From: Vicinamibacterales bacterium
GTDB taxonomy: Bacteria; Acidobacteriota; Vicinamibacteria; Vicinamibacterales; UBA8438
Direction of reading: 5' to 3'
NCBI GenBank assembly: GCA_965215895.1
Contig: OZ244130.1
Coordinates: 416,157 to 480,156, forward strand
DNA: 64,000 nucleotides
A program made the position numbers and the translations under genes. Under the pieces are notes generated by a model, which had not been told where the DNA came from, did no database searches, and worked only from the letters and a program-made list of their open reading frames with translations. Every line of letters begins with the position of its first letter. The stretch's first letter is position 1. Below, piece after piece: positions 35,027 to 43,473 of this stretch.

Positions 35027-35046
35027 TCCGGACCGATCGGTCCGGA
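35027..35046. promoter_or_regulatory. perfect 20-bp palindrome TCCGGACCGATCGGTCCGGA in the hflK leader/promoter region
   Basis: Read directly from the sequence. It lies 42-61 nt upstream of the hflK ATG (34985), and the GAAGGAGAA RBS lies between the two. It is either an operator or a leader hairpin. Confidence 0.3.
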
Positions 35047-35201
35047 CGGTGATGGCGATGCGAGCGAAGACCGTTCGAGCCCCCCGTACCGCCGTTCCCA
35101 ACCCGCGCGCGCGCCGTCCGGTGTCGACTTGTACTACGTATCGGGGGGATGTTCGATTCATCACGGTCACCGGAGGTCCGTCCGGCGCACCTTCGTAGCG
35201 G

Positions 35202-36245
35202 TCATTTTCGGGTGAACCGGCTCCAGTCCCGCGAGGTGCCGGGTTCACGGTCGGTCTGGAGCATCTCCATCCAGGCCGGATACTCCACCGGCAGCGCGCT
35301 GACCGCGTTCAAGCGGTCGAGCTCGTCAGGGGTGAGGGTCAGGTCGACCGAGCCCAGGTTGTCGTTCAGCTGGTCGAGTCGTTTCGCGCCGATGATCACG
35401 CTGGTGACCGCCGGCTGGTGGAGGAGCCAGGCGAGGGCGACCTGGGCCACGGAGACGCCGTGCGCGCCGGCAACATCGCGCATGACGTCGATGATGTCGT
35501 AGCCCCGCGCCTTGTCGACCGGCGGGAAGTCGAACGACACGCGCCGCGCCTCGGGATCGGTGTCGCCGTCCCGGGTGAACTTGCCGGAGAGCAACCCGCC
35601 GGCCAGCGGGCTCCACGGGAGCAGCGCCAGATGCTGGTCCTCGACGAGCGGGATCGTCTCGCGCTCGAGCTCCCGGCCGGCGATGGAGTAGTAGGACTGG
35701 GTGCTGACGAACTCCGCGAGCCGGTGCTGCCGCGAGAGGCCGAGGGCCTTCATGAGCTGCCAGGCGGTGAGGTTCGAGCAGCCGATGTAGCGCACCTTGC
35801 CCGCCCGCACGAGGTCGGTCAGCGCTTCCAGCGTCTCCCGGATGTCGGTGACGGGGTCGGACCCGTGGATCTGGTACAGGTCGATGTAGTCGGTGCCGAG
35901 CCGGCGCAGGCTCGCCTCGCACTGCTGCAGGACGTGCACGCGCGACAGTCCGATCTCGTTCGGACCGTCCCCCATCCGCCCGCGCACCTTGGTGGCCACG
36001 ATGACGTCCCGGCGCCGCGTTCCGAGGGCGGCGCCGAGCATCTCTTCCGACTGCCCGGCCGAGTACACGTTGGCGGTGTCGAAGAAGTTGATCCCGGCGT
36101 CGAGCGCCCGGTGCACGAGGACGTCCGCCTCGGCCTGGCCCAGCGCGCCGATCGCCTGGAACGGGCCGTAGCCGCCGAACGTCATCGCTCCCAGACAGAG
36201 CTCCGATACGTACACCCCGGTGTTCGCGAGCCGGCGATACTTCAT
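35202..36245 (-). CDS. aldo/keto reductase
   Basis: N-terminus MKYRRLANTGVYVSELCLGAMTFG. Also FFDTANVYS.GQSEE.LG, DYIDLYQIH and VRYIGCSN. 347 aa. Confidence 0.85.
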   Translation of the reverse strand: MKYRRLANTGVYVSELCLGAMTFGGYGPFQAIGALGQAEADVLVHRALDAGINFFDTANVYSAGQSEEMLGAALGTRRRDVIVATKVRGRMGDGPNEIGLSRVHVLQQCEASLRRLGTDYIDLYQIHGSDPVTDIRETLEALTDLVRAGKVRYIGCSNLTAWQLMKALGLSRQHRLAEFVSTQSYYSIAGRELERETIPLVEDQHLALLPWSPLAGGLLSGKFTRDGDTDPEARRVSFDFPPVDKARGYDIIDVMRDVAGAHGVSVAQVALAWLLHQPAVTSVIIGAKRLDQLNDNLGSVDLTLTPDELDRLNAVSALPVEYPAWMEMLQTDREPGTSRDWSRFTRK

Positions 36246-36584
36246 GATGATGATGTCTTCCGCGGCCGACTACCGTCGATCCGCATTGTGTTCCCTCGTC
36301 ACGCCCTGCCAGCCGGGTGCCTTGGGACAGTGATCGATACAAAGTTGCCAACCGCACCCGAGCCCGGCCTGTTTTCTACGGTTTCGCGCGCTTGGCACAC
36401 GGCAACGTGATTTCCGTCAGCGTCCTTTCACAGCCCGCCGGCGCCCCTCGCCGGCGTCGGTGCCAGGAGGGACCTCACCACCGGTTCCCCGGAAATCGCC
36501 CCGGCGGCTCCGACTGCCGCCCAACCAACCTGCCGGGAGTCCCCGCTTCCTGCGGAGGCGGCACCGTTCTGCGGCTCAGATTCC

Positions 36585-37283
36585 TCAGCGTTCGGCCCAA
36601 CGCTGTTGCACCCAGTCGCCGGCGGTGCGCAGCGGCGCGACCCCCATCCGGAAGTGACCGACGCCTTCGAGGGGAAGGAACGACACGGTCTGGCCTCGGG
36701 CGCCCATCTCCTGCGCGAGCCGCTCGGCCGGCTCGAACGGCACGACCTCGTCGTCGCGGGCGTGGATGATGAACACCGGCATGTCCCCGACCCGCAGGGC
36801 GTCGTCCGAGTCGGACCGCGCGGCCATGGGAATCGCCGCCGCGAACAGGTCCGGGTGGCGCGACGCCATGTACCAGGTGCCGCGCCCGCCCATGCTGAAT
36901 CCGGTGACGAGGATGCGGGCGGGGTCGATGGCGTAGTTCGCCCGCACGTCGTCAATCAGGGCGAGCACGCCGCGCTCGCTCGTCTCGTTGTCCCAGCGGC
37001 GGCCCGGGGCGTCCGGCGAGACGATGACCGCGCCCCACTCCTGGAGCGCCGGCGCGACGATGCCGCGGAGGAACTGCATGCCGTATCCGGGGCCCGGCGA
37101 CCCGCCGGGGTGCAGGGCGAGGACAAGGGGGCGGGGCTTGCCGGCGTCGTAGTCCCGCGGGACCCAGAGCCCGTAGGTGACCGTCCCTACGGCGTCGACC
37201 TCGATCGTGGCGTTGTGCAGGCCCGGTCCGCGCGCGGGCTGGGCGAGCGTCGCGAGAAGGGCGGTGGTTAGCAGCCAGGGCAT
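36585..37283 (-). CDS. secreted alpha/beta hydrolase (esterase / dienelactone-hydrolase-like)
   Basis: ATG at 37283 with a signal peptide. Motifs seen: PLVLALHPGG, nucleophile elbow GFSMGG, and a late D..V / GH acid-His pair. Confidence 0.7.
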   Translation of the reverse strand: MPWLLTTALLATLAQPARGPGLHNATIEVDAVGTVTYGLWVPRDYDAGKPRPLVLALHPGGSPGPGYGMQFLRGIVAPALQEWGAVIVSPDAPGRRWDNETSERGVLALIDDVRANYAIDPARILVTGFSMGGRGTWYMASRHPDLFAAAIPMAARSDSDDALRVGDMPVFIIHARDDEVVPFEPAERLAQEMGARGQTVSFLPLEGVGHFRMGVAPLRTAGDWVQQRWAER

Positions 37284-37304
37284 CGTGGTCTCCTCTCGGG
37301 GTCT

Positions 37305-37376
37305 GCACCGCAGAAGTTTCGCGCCGGCGGAACTTCCAACGCGACCGCAGGTCACGCCGCGACCGCAAGGTCGCGC
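37305..37376. repeat. REP-like palindromic element, inverted copy of the 12042-12158 family
   Basis: GCACCGCAGAAGTTTCGCGCCGGCGGAACTTCCAACGCGACCGCAGGTCACGCC.. aligns with the reverse complement of copy B, with a few substitutions. The hairpin is at 37313-37336. It lies in the divergent intergenic region before gltX. Confidence 0.65.
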
Positions 37377-37409
37377 GGTCTCTCACCCGCCGTGTCCGTA
37401 GGCAATCAT

Positions 37410-37415
37410 TATAAT
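37410..37415 (+). promoter_or_regulatory. consensus -10 hexamer TATAAT 9 nt upstream of the gltX ATG (possible leaderless or very short-leader mRNA)
   Basis: An exact TATAAT in an otherwise GC-rich context. No SD motif lies between it and ATG 37425. No convincing -35 element. Confidence 0.3.
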
Positions 37416-37424
37416 CGTCGGCCA

Positions 37425-38990
37425 ATGACCGTTCGTACCCGCTTCGCTCCCAGCCCCACCGGCTACCTCCACATCGGCGGCGTACGCACCGCCCTGTTCA
37501 ACTGGCTGTTCGCCCGGCGGCACGGCGGTCAGTTCCTGCTGCGCGTCGACGACACCGACGCCCAGCGCAACGTCGCGGCCGCGCTGCAGCCCATTCTCGA
37601 CGGATTCCGGTGGCTGGGGCTGGACTGGGACGAAGGCCCGGAGGTCGGCGGGCCGTATGCGCCGTACCACCAGTCGCAGCGGAGCGGCCGGTACGCGGCG
37701 GCGGTCGAGCAGTTGCTGGCGACCGGCGCGGCTTACCGCGACTATGCCACCGGAGACGAGATCCAGGCCGAGCGCGAGGCGGCCCGGCGCGAGAAGCGCC
37801 GGTTTCTCTACAGCCGCCGGTGGATGACGGAGACCGACGCGGCGGCGGGCCGGTTCGAGGCCGAGGGGCGGCGGGCCAGCGTGCGCCTCAGGATGCCCCG
37901 CGAGGGGGTCTGCGCGTTCCGGGACCTGGTGCGGGGCGACGTCGAGTTCGAGTGGGGCCTCGAGCAGGACCACGTCGTCCAGCGCGCCGACGGGACCTTT
38001 CTGTATCATCTGGCGAGCGCCGTCGACGACCACGACTTCGCGATCACCCACGTCATCCGGGCCGTCGAGCACCTCTCGAACACGCCGCGCCAACTGTTCA
38101 TCACGACCGCGCTCGGCTACGCGCCGCCGGCTTTCGCGCACGTCCCGTACGTGGCCGCCCCCGGGAGCGCCGAGAAGCTCAGCAAGCGCAGGCTCGACCG
38201 GTATCTGCGGCATCACGAGTTCAGGGCGATCTACGACCGGGGCCTGGCCATCGCGGAGCGGGCGGGGCTCGCGGTGTCGCCCGAGACGTTCAATCCGGTC
38301 GTCGTCGACTTCTATCGCGCGGTCGGCTACGAGCCCGACGCGGTGCTCAACTACCTGCTCCTGCTCGGCTGGTCGCTCGACGACCGCACCGAGCAGTTCA
38401 CACGCGACGAGATGGTCGCCCATTTCTCGCTCGATCGGATCAACCGGTCGGCGGCCAGCTTCGATCCCGGGAAGCTGGCCGCGTTCCAGGAGCGCCGGAT
38501 GCAGGCGCTGGGGATCGACGAGCGGGTGGCGCGCGCGACGCCTTTCCTCGAGCGGTCGGGACTCGTCCGAACGCCGCCGGCCGCGGCCGAGCGGGCGCGG
38601 GTGCGAGACGTGGTGCGGGCCGCGGGCGACCGGATCAAGGTCGCCGGCGACGTGCTCGACTATCCGGAGTTTTTCCAGGCCGATGCCGACGTCGCGTACG
38701 ATGAGAAAGCGTTCGACAAGCGGTTGCGGAAGGACGGGGCCGCGCCGCTGCTGCGCCGGTTCCGGGACCGGCTGGAGTCGACCCGGCCGTTCGACGCGGC
38801 CACGCTGGAGCGGGCGCTGCACGATTTCGTCGAGGCCGAGGGCATCCGTATCGGTCAGGTCATCCACGCGATCCGGGTCGCGGTGACCGGCAAGGCGGTC
38901 GGCTTCGGCCTGTTCGAGGGGCTGGCCATCCTCGGCCCCGACGCCTGTCTCGCCCGCATCGACCGCGCCCTGGCCCGGCTCGCACCGTAG
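37425..38990 (+). CDS. gltX: glutamate--tRNA ligase
   Basis: N-terminus MTVRTRFAPSPTGYLHIGGVRTALFNWLFAR (HIGH motif). Also LRVDDTD..R and the KLSKR (KMSKS) motif. 521 aa. Confidence 0.92.
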   Translation: MTVRTRFAPSPTGYLHIGGVRTALFNWLFARRHGGQFLLRVDDTDAQRNVAAALQPILDGFRWLGLDWDEGPEVGGPYAPYHQSQRSGRYAAAVEQLLATGAAYRDYATGDEIQAEREAARREKRRFLYSRRWMTETDAAAGRFEAEGRRASVRLRMPREGVCAFRDLVRGDVEFEWGLEQDHVVQRADGTFLYHLASAVDDHDFAITHVIRAVEHLSNTPRQLFITTALGYAPPAFAHVPYVAAPGSAEKLSKRRLDRYLRHHEFRAIYDRGLAIAERAGLAVSPETFNPVVVDFYRAVGYEPDAVLNYLLLLGWSLDDRTEQFTRDEMVAHFSLDRINRSAASFDPGKLAAFQERRMQALGIDERVARATPFLERSGLVRTPPAAAERARVRDVVRAAGDRIKVAGDVLDYPEFFQADADVAYDEKAFDKRLRKDGAAPLLRRFRDRLESTRPFDAATLERALHDFVEAEGIRIGQVIHAIRVAVTGKAVGFGLFEGLAILGPDACLARIDRALARLAP

Positions 38991-39086
38991 CGGGGAGCCG
39001 CGGTGTTGTGAAGACGGCGGCTCGGAGATCCGAAAACCGGAACGACGGCAGACTCGTGGCAACCCGCGGATTGCGAATGAGCGGCA

Positions 39087-40826
39087 ATGACGACTGACGT
39101 ACGACGAGAAACGGCGGACCCCGCGGGCGACGCCGCCGGCGGGCTCGACTTCATCCGGCAGATCGTGGTCGAGGACCGGCAGGCCGGGAAGCATGCGGGC
39201 CGCGTGCACACCCGGTTCCCCCCCGAGCCGAACGGCTATCTGCACATCGGGCACGCCAAGTCGATCTGCCTGAACTTCGGGCTGGCGGCCGAGCACGGCG
39301 GGCGGTGCAACCTCCGGATGGACGACACGAACCCGACCACGGAGAGCGTCGAGTACGTCCGGGCCATCGAGGACGACGTCCGCTGGCTCGGGTTCGACTG
39401 GGACGACCGCTTCTACCACGCGGCCGACTACTTCGAGCGGCTCCACGCCTGCGCGGTCCAACTGATCGAGGCGGGAAAGGCGTATGTCTGCGACCTGCGG
39501 GGGGCCGAGGTCTCGGAGTATCGGGGGCTGTGGAACCGGCCCGGCCGCAACAGTCCCTGGCGGGATCGGACGGTGGCCGAGAACCTCGACCTGTTCGCCC
39601 GCATGCGCGCCGGCGAGGTCGAGGACGGGTCGCGGACCCTGCGGGCCCGGATCGACATGGCGTCGCCGAACATGAATCTGCGCGACCCGACCATCTACCG
39701 CATCCGGCGGGTGCCCCACTATCGGACCGGCGACGCCTGGTGCATCTATCCGATGTACGACTTCACGCATCCGCTGTCCGACGCGTTCGAGGGGATCACC
39801 CACTCGCTGTGCACCCTCGAGTTCGAGGACCACCGGTCGCTGTACGACTGGTTCCTGCAGAACATCGACGTCCCCTGCCAACCGCGCCAGATCGAGTTCG
39901 CGCGCCTGAACGTCAGCTACACGGTGCTGAGCAAGCGCAAGCTGCTGGAGCTGGTGTCGGAGGGGCGCGTCGCGGGCTGGGACGACCCCCGCATGCCCAC
40001 CATCGTCGGGTTCCGCCGCCGCGGCTACACGCCCGAGGCGATCCGGGATTTCTGCAGCCGCATCGGCATCGCCAAGGCCAACAGCATCGTCTCGATCGCC
40101 CAGCTCGAGGATGCGGTCCGACGCGACCTCAATCAGCGGGCGCTGCGGGTCATGGGGGTGTTGCGCCCGTTGAAAGTGGTCATCGAGAACTATCCCGAGG
40201 GGCAGGTCGAGGCGGTCGAGGCGGTCAACAATCCCGAGGACGCGGGCATGGGCTCGCGGGTGGTCCCGTTCTCGCGGGAGCTCTACGTCGAGCGGACCGA
40301 CTTCCGGGAGGACCCGCCGCGGAAGTACTTCCGGCTCGCCCCCGGCCGCGAGGTGCGCCTGCGGTACGCGTACTTCATCACCTGCCGCGAGGCGGTGAAG
40401 GATCCGGCCACCGGCGAGGTGGTCGAGCTCCGCTGCACCTACGACCCGGAAACGCGGGGCGGCTATGCCCCGGACGGCCGCAAGGTGCGCGGCACCATCC
40501 ACTGGGTGTCGGCGCCCCACGCCGTCGAGGCCGATGTGCGGCTGTACGACCACCTCTTCACGCGGATCAACCCCGAGGACGCCGGCCCCGGCGGCGACTA
40601 CAAGGACGCGCTGAATCCTGCCTCGCTCGAGACCCTGACCGGCTGCAGGGTCGAGCCGAGCCTGCGGGGCGCGCCGGCCGGCAGCCGCTACCAGCTCGAG
40701 CGGCAGGGCTACTTCTGCGTCGACCCGGATACGACGGACGGGCGGCTCGTGATCAACCGCACCGTCACCCTGCGCGATACCTGGGCCCGGATCGAGAAGG
40801 CGCAACAGGCGCAGGCCGCCGGCTGA
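39087..40826 (+). CDS. glnS: glutamine--tRNA ligase
   Basis: Motifs seen: [48 protein letters not shown] and the C-terminal anticodon-binding region. 579 aa. Confidence 0.92.
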   Translation: MTTDVRRETADPAGDAAGGLDFIRQIVVEDRQAGKHAGRVHTRFPPEPNGYLHIGHAKSICLNFGLAAEHGGRCNLRMDDTNPTTESVEYVRAIEDDVRWLGFDWDDRFYHAADYFERLHACAVQLIEAGKAYVCDLRGAEVSEYRGLWNRPGRNSPWRDRTVAENLDLFARMRAGEVEDGSRTLRARIDMASPNMNLRDPTIYRIRRVPHYRTGDAWCIYPMYDFTHPLSDAFEGITHSLCTLEFEDHRSLYDWFLQNIDVPCQPRQIEFARLNVSYTVLSKRKLLELVSEGRVAGWDDPRMPTIVGFRRRGYTPEAIRDFCSRIGIAKANSIVSIAQLEDAVRRDLNQRALRVMGVLRPLKVVIENYPEGQVEAVEAVNNPEDAGMGSRVVPFSRELYVERTDFREDPPRKYFRLAPGREVRLRYAYFITCREAVKDPATGEVVELRCTYDPETRGGYAPDGRKVRGTIHWVSAPHAVEADVRLYDHLFTRINPEDAGPGGDYKDALNPASLETLTGCRVEPSLRGAPAGSRYQLERQGYFCVDPDTTDGRLVINRTVTLRDTWARIEKAQQAQAAG

Positions 40827-40906
40827 CAACGTAGAGTCCGCGACGTGGAGCGGCGCACACTTCCGCAGAGTGCGTGCGACAGGAAGCGAAGCCGCCAGAT
40901 GCGCGC

Positions 40907-41150
40907 TCAGGGCAGGGCGAACGCCACGTAGGCGTCGCCCGACCGGGTGCCGATCTTGCCGGGAATGTCGGAGGGCGGGAACGGCCGCTCCTCTATCGGG
41001 AAGATGGGCTCGCCGGTCTCCCGGTCGAACACGAAGACGTGCGCCGACTTGGTGATCTGGGCCACGACATCGCGGCGCCGGCCGTCCTGGACGATGGACA
41101 GCAGGTTGGGGGGCGCGGGGAAGTCCCGGTCCCAGATGTCGTGGTGCACG
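40907..41150 (-). pseudogene. PQQ-dependent dehydrogenase fragment (internal piece fused to a C-terminal tail)
   Basis: The sequence ..VHHDIWDRDFPAPPNLLSIVQDGRRRDVVAQITKSAHVFVFDRETGEPIFPIEERPFPPSDIPG.. is a typical quinoprotein propeller segment. It ends ..YVAFALP*, like the intact PQQ enzyme at 62587 (..LFVFALP*). About 80 aa only. Confidence 0.6.
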
Positions 41151-41165
41151 GTGTCTCGACCATGG

Positions 41166-42257
41166 CTACGACTCCCGCGAACGTGCATCGGAAAGCTGTT
41201 TCGTCGGCGCCGCGCCAGCGTCCCGTGTCGACTGCGCCCGGGCGATCATACGCTTCACGTCGGGGTTGTCGTTGATGGGGACAATGCTCACCTCCGGGTG
41301 CTCCCGCCGGAACACCCGAAACACCTCGTCGGCGAACGCCTGCCCGATCGTCGGTACGTCGCGGAAATCCAGCAGCACCGTGCTGAACAGGTCGACTCGG
41401 GCCAATACGCGCTTAGCCTGGGATCGAGAGATGAGCCTGTCGTCGCCGTACTGCGCCAGTCGCACGGGCACCACCGTCTTGCTGAAGACCGGGACGTCCT
41501 CATCGTCACCGGTGAACTGATCGTAGATCTCGCGTGTCGTCCGGGACGTCTCGTTGTCGAGGCGCATGAATACTGCCGTGCCACCCAGGGATTTCGGCCC
41601 CTCCGACAGCCAGTCTTCCTCCTGGCCGATTTCGTGTGAAAAGAAGACACCGCCTGAGAGGATCTCGAACGCATCGAACATTCGCGATGTGAAGAAAATC
41701 CCCTCGCCCGTGTGACGTTCCGGGTCGGTCGTCAGCTTTCCCTTCGACAGCTCGAAGAGGGCATGGCGCTCGTCGAGCAGACCCCGCTCCCGTTGGATCT
41801 TCCGAAAAATGCCCACGCCATCGTCCTGGATCTGCATTTCTGCCGTATCCGCCGTCGTCTTGACCACCACGATAATCCTCGACCCGGCCGAGTGATCGAC
41901 GGCGTTGTTGAACATCTCCGTGAATCCGTGGTGCCAGATGTTGCGGACGTTGTCGGGCAGATCTCCCAGTTCAGCGGCGACGTCGTTGCGCCAGACCACG
42001 TCTTCATCCGAACTCTCGCTGATCGCGTACGTGCGAATCCACTTGTGAAGAACGGCCAACCGGTAGACACGGTTGTTCGTCTGGCCGCTCTGGAGGAGCG
42101 CGCCTTCCTCGACCAGCCGCCGCAGATGGCGGCCGATGCCCTGCCGGCCGATACCGAACTTCTCGCCGGCCAATCTGCTGATGGTGCGGGGGTTGGCCCG
42201 GACGTTCCGAAGGATGAAGTGGCGAATTGCTTCGCCCCTAGCTACTGATGGACGCAT
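41166..42257 (-). CDS. wHTH + GHKL (RsbW/SpoIIAB-like) ATPase + C-terminal STAS-like (DUF4325-type) domain protein
   Basis: N-terminal wHTH (IRHFILRNVRANPRTISRLAGEKFGIGRQGIGRHLRRLVEEGAL). N-box FTEMFNNAVDHS, G1 IQDDGVGIF and G2 HTGEGIFFTS. C-terminus SRSQAKRVLARVDLFSTVLLDFRDVPTIGQAFADEVFRVF. Visibly AT-richer than its neighbours. Confidence 0.7.
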   Translation of the reverse strand: MRPSVARGEAIRHFILRNVRANPRTISRLAGEKFGIGRQGIGRHLRRLVEEGALLQSGQTNNRVYRLAVLHKWIRTYAISESSDEDVVWRNDVAAELGDLPDNVRNIWHHGFTEMFNNAVDHSAGSRIIVVVKTTADTAEMQIQDDGVGIFRKIQRERGLLDERHALFELSKGKLTTDPERHTGEGIFFTSRMFDAFEILSGGVFFSHEIGQEEDWLSEGPKSLGGTAVFMRLDNETSRTTREIYDQFTGDDEDVPVFSKTVVPVRLAQYGDDRLISRSQAKRVLARVDLFSTVLLDFRDVPTIGQAFADEVFRVFRREHPEVSIVPINDNPDVKRMIARAQSTRDAGAAPTKQLSDARSRES

Positions 42258-42279
42258 GTTGTCACCATTCTGCCCGTAT

Positions 42280-42330
42280 ATTGTAAACAGTCAGGCCCGG
42301 TATTGACAACATCAGCGGCCCTATTGTCAA
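42280..42330 (-). promoter_or_regulatory. sigma70-like promoter(s) and three ~21-bp-spaced TTG(A/T)CAATA-type repeats upstream of the GHKL gene
   Basis: The minus strand reads TTGACAATAgggccgctgatgTTGTCAATAccgggcctgactgTTTACAATAtacggg..ATG. One candidate promoter is TTGTCA-18 nt-TACAAT. A perfect TTGACA lies 21 nt further upstream. Confidence 0.4.
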
Positions 42331-42437
42331 CGTCGACTGGCAAGGACGGGGAAAGTCCGTGCAGGCGTGGCGACCCAGACGGCCGAGTCCGGCCCGGGGA
42401 TTGTCACCGGGCGGGCATTGATGGAACGATGTAGCGC

Positions 42438-43472
42438 ATGTCGACCCGCACGAACCGTCAGATTCTGTTGAACTCCCGTCCCGACGGGTTCCCGAGCGAG
42501 GCCAACTTCCGGATGGTCGAGGCGCCGGCGCCCGAGCCGGGCGCGGGCGAGCTGCTCATCCGGACGATCTACCTCTCGCTCGACCCCTACATGCGGGGCC
42601 GCATGAACGCCGGGCCGTCCTACGCGGCGCCGGTGGAGCTGGGCGACGTCATGACCGGCGGGACGGTGGGACAGGTGGCGGCGTCGCGGCACGACGGGTT
42701 CGCCGAGGGAGACCTCGTGCTGGCCGGCGCCGGATGGCAGGAGTACGGTCTCTCCGACGGCCGCGGCGTCCGCAAGCTGGATCCGGAGGTGGCGCCGATC
42801 TCGACCGCCCTCGGGGTGCTCGGCATGCCGGGCCTGACCGCCTACGTCGGCCTCCTCGAGGTCGGCGAGCTGAAGGCCGGCGATGTGGTGGTGGTGTCGG
42901 CCGCGTCCGGGGCGGTGGGAGCGGTGGTGGGGCAGATTGCGAAGATCAGGGGGCACCGGGTGGTGGGCGTCGCCGGGGCGCAGAAGAAGTGCGACTACGT
43001 CGTGGACGAGCTGGGCTTCGACGCGTGCGTCAGCCATCGGAGCGACACCCTGGCCGGGGACCTGCAGGCGGCCTGCCCGGACGGCATCGACCTGTACTTC
43101 GAGAACGTGGGCGGCAAGGTGTTCGACGCGGTGCTGCGGCTGCTCAACCCGTTCGCGCGGGTGCCGGTGTGCGGGCGCATCGCCAGCTACAACGCGACTT
43201 CGTTGCCGGACGGTCCCGACCGGGTTCCCCAGCTGATGGGGCTGGCGCTGGTCCGGCGCCTGATGATCCGCGGCTTCATCGTGTTCGACCACGCGCACCT
43301 CGAGCCCGACTTCATCCGGGACGTGGGCGGCTGGATACGGTCGGGCGCCCTGAAGTACCGCGAAGACGTCGTCGAGGGGCTCGACAACGCGGTCGGGGCG
43401 TTCCTGGGGCTGCTGCGGGGCGAGAACTTCGGCAAGCTTCTGGTCCGGGTGTCCGACGACCCGACGCGGTGA
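42438..43472 (+). CDS. NADP-dependent oxidoreductase, MDR superfamily (YncB/CurA / alkenal-one reductase-like)
   Basis: Motifs seen: N.QILL..RP.G.P...NF......P.P..GE.L....YLS.DPYMRGRM, GMPGLTAY.GL and VSAASGAVGAVVGQIAK..G..VVG.AG. 344 aa. Confidence 0.85.
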   Translation: MSTRTNRQILLNSRPDGFPSEANFRMVEAPAPEPGAGELLIRTIYLSLDPYMRGRMNAGPSYAAPVELGDVMTGGTVGQVAASRHDGFAEGDLVLAGAGWQEYGLSDGRGVRKLDPEVAPISTALGVLGMPGLTAYVGLLEVGELKAGDVVVVSAASGAVGAVVGQIAKIRGHRVVGVAGAQKKCDYVVDELGFDACVSHRSDTLAGDLQAACPDGIDLYFENVGGKVFDAVLRLLNPFARVPVCGRIASYNATSLPDGPDRVPQLMGLALVRRLMIRGFIVFDHAHLEPDFIRDVGGWIRSGALKYREDVVEGLDNAVGAFLGLLRGENFGKLLVRVSDDPTR

Positions 43473-43473
43473 G

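Noticed and set aside
36393-36407. Sigma-54-like TGGCAC element (TGGCACacggcAACG)
   Set aside because: The -12 element (TTGC) is absent, and no EBP gene or suitable downstream gene is positioned for it.
37383-40829. 1148-aa ORF antisense to gltX and glnS
   Set aside because: It is an Arg/Pro/Gly/Ala-rich translation with no motifs. The opposite strand encodes unmistakable GluRS (HIGH/KMSKS) and GlnRS, and long shadow ORFs are expected at this GC content.
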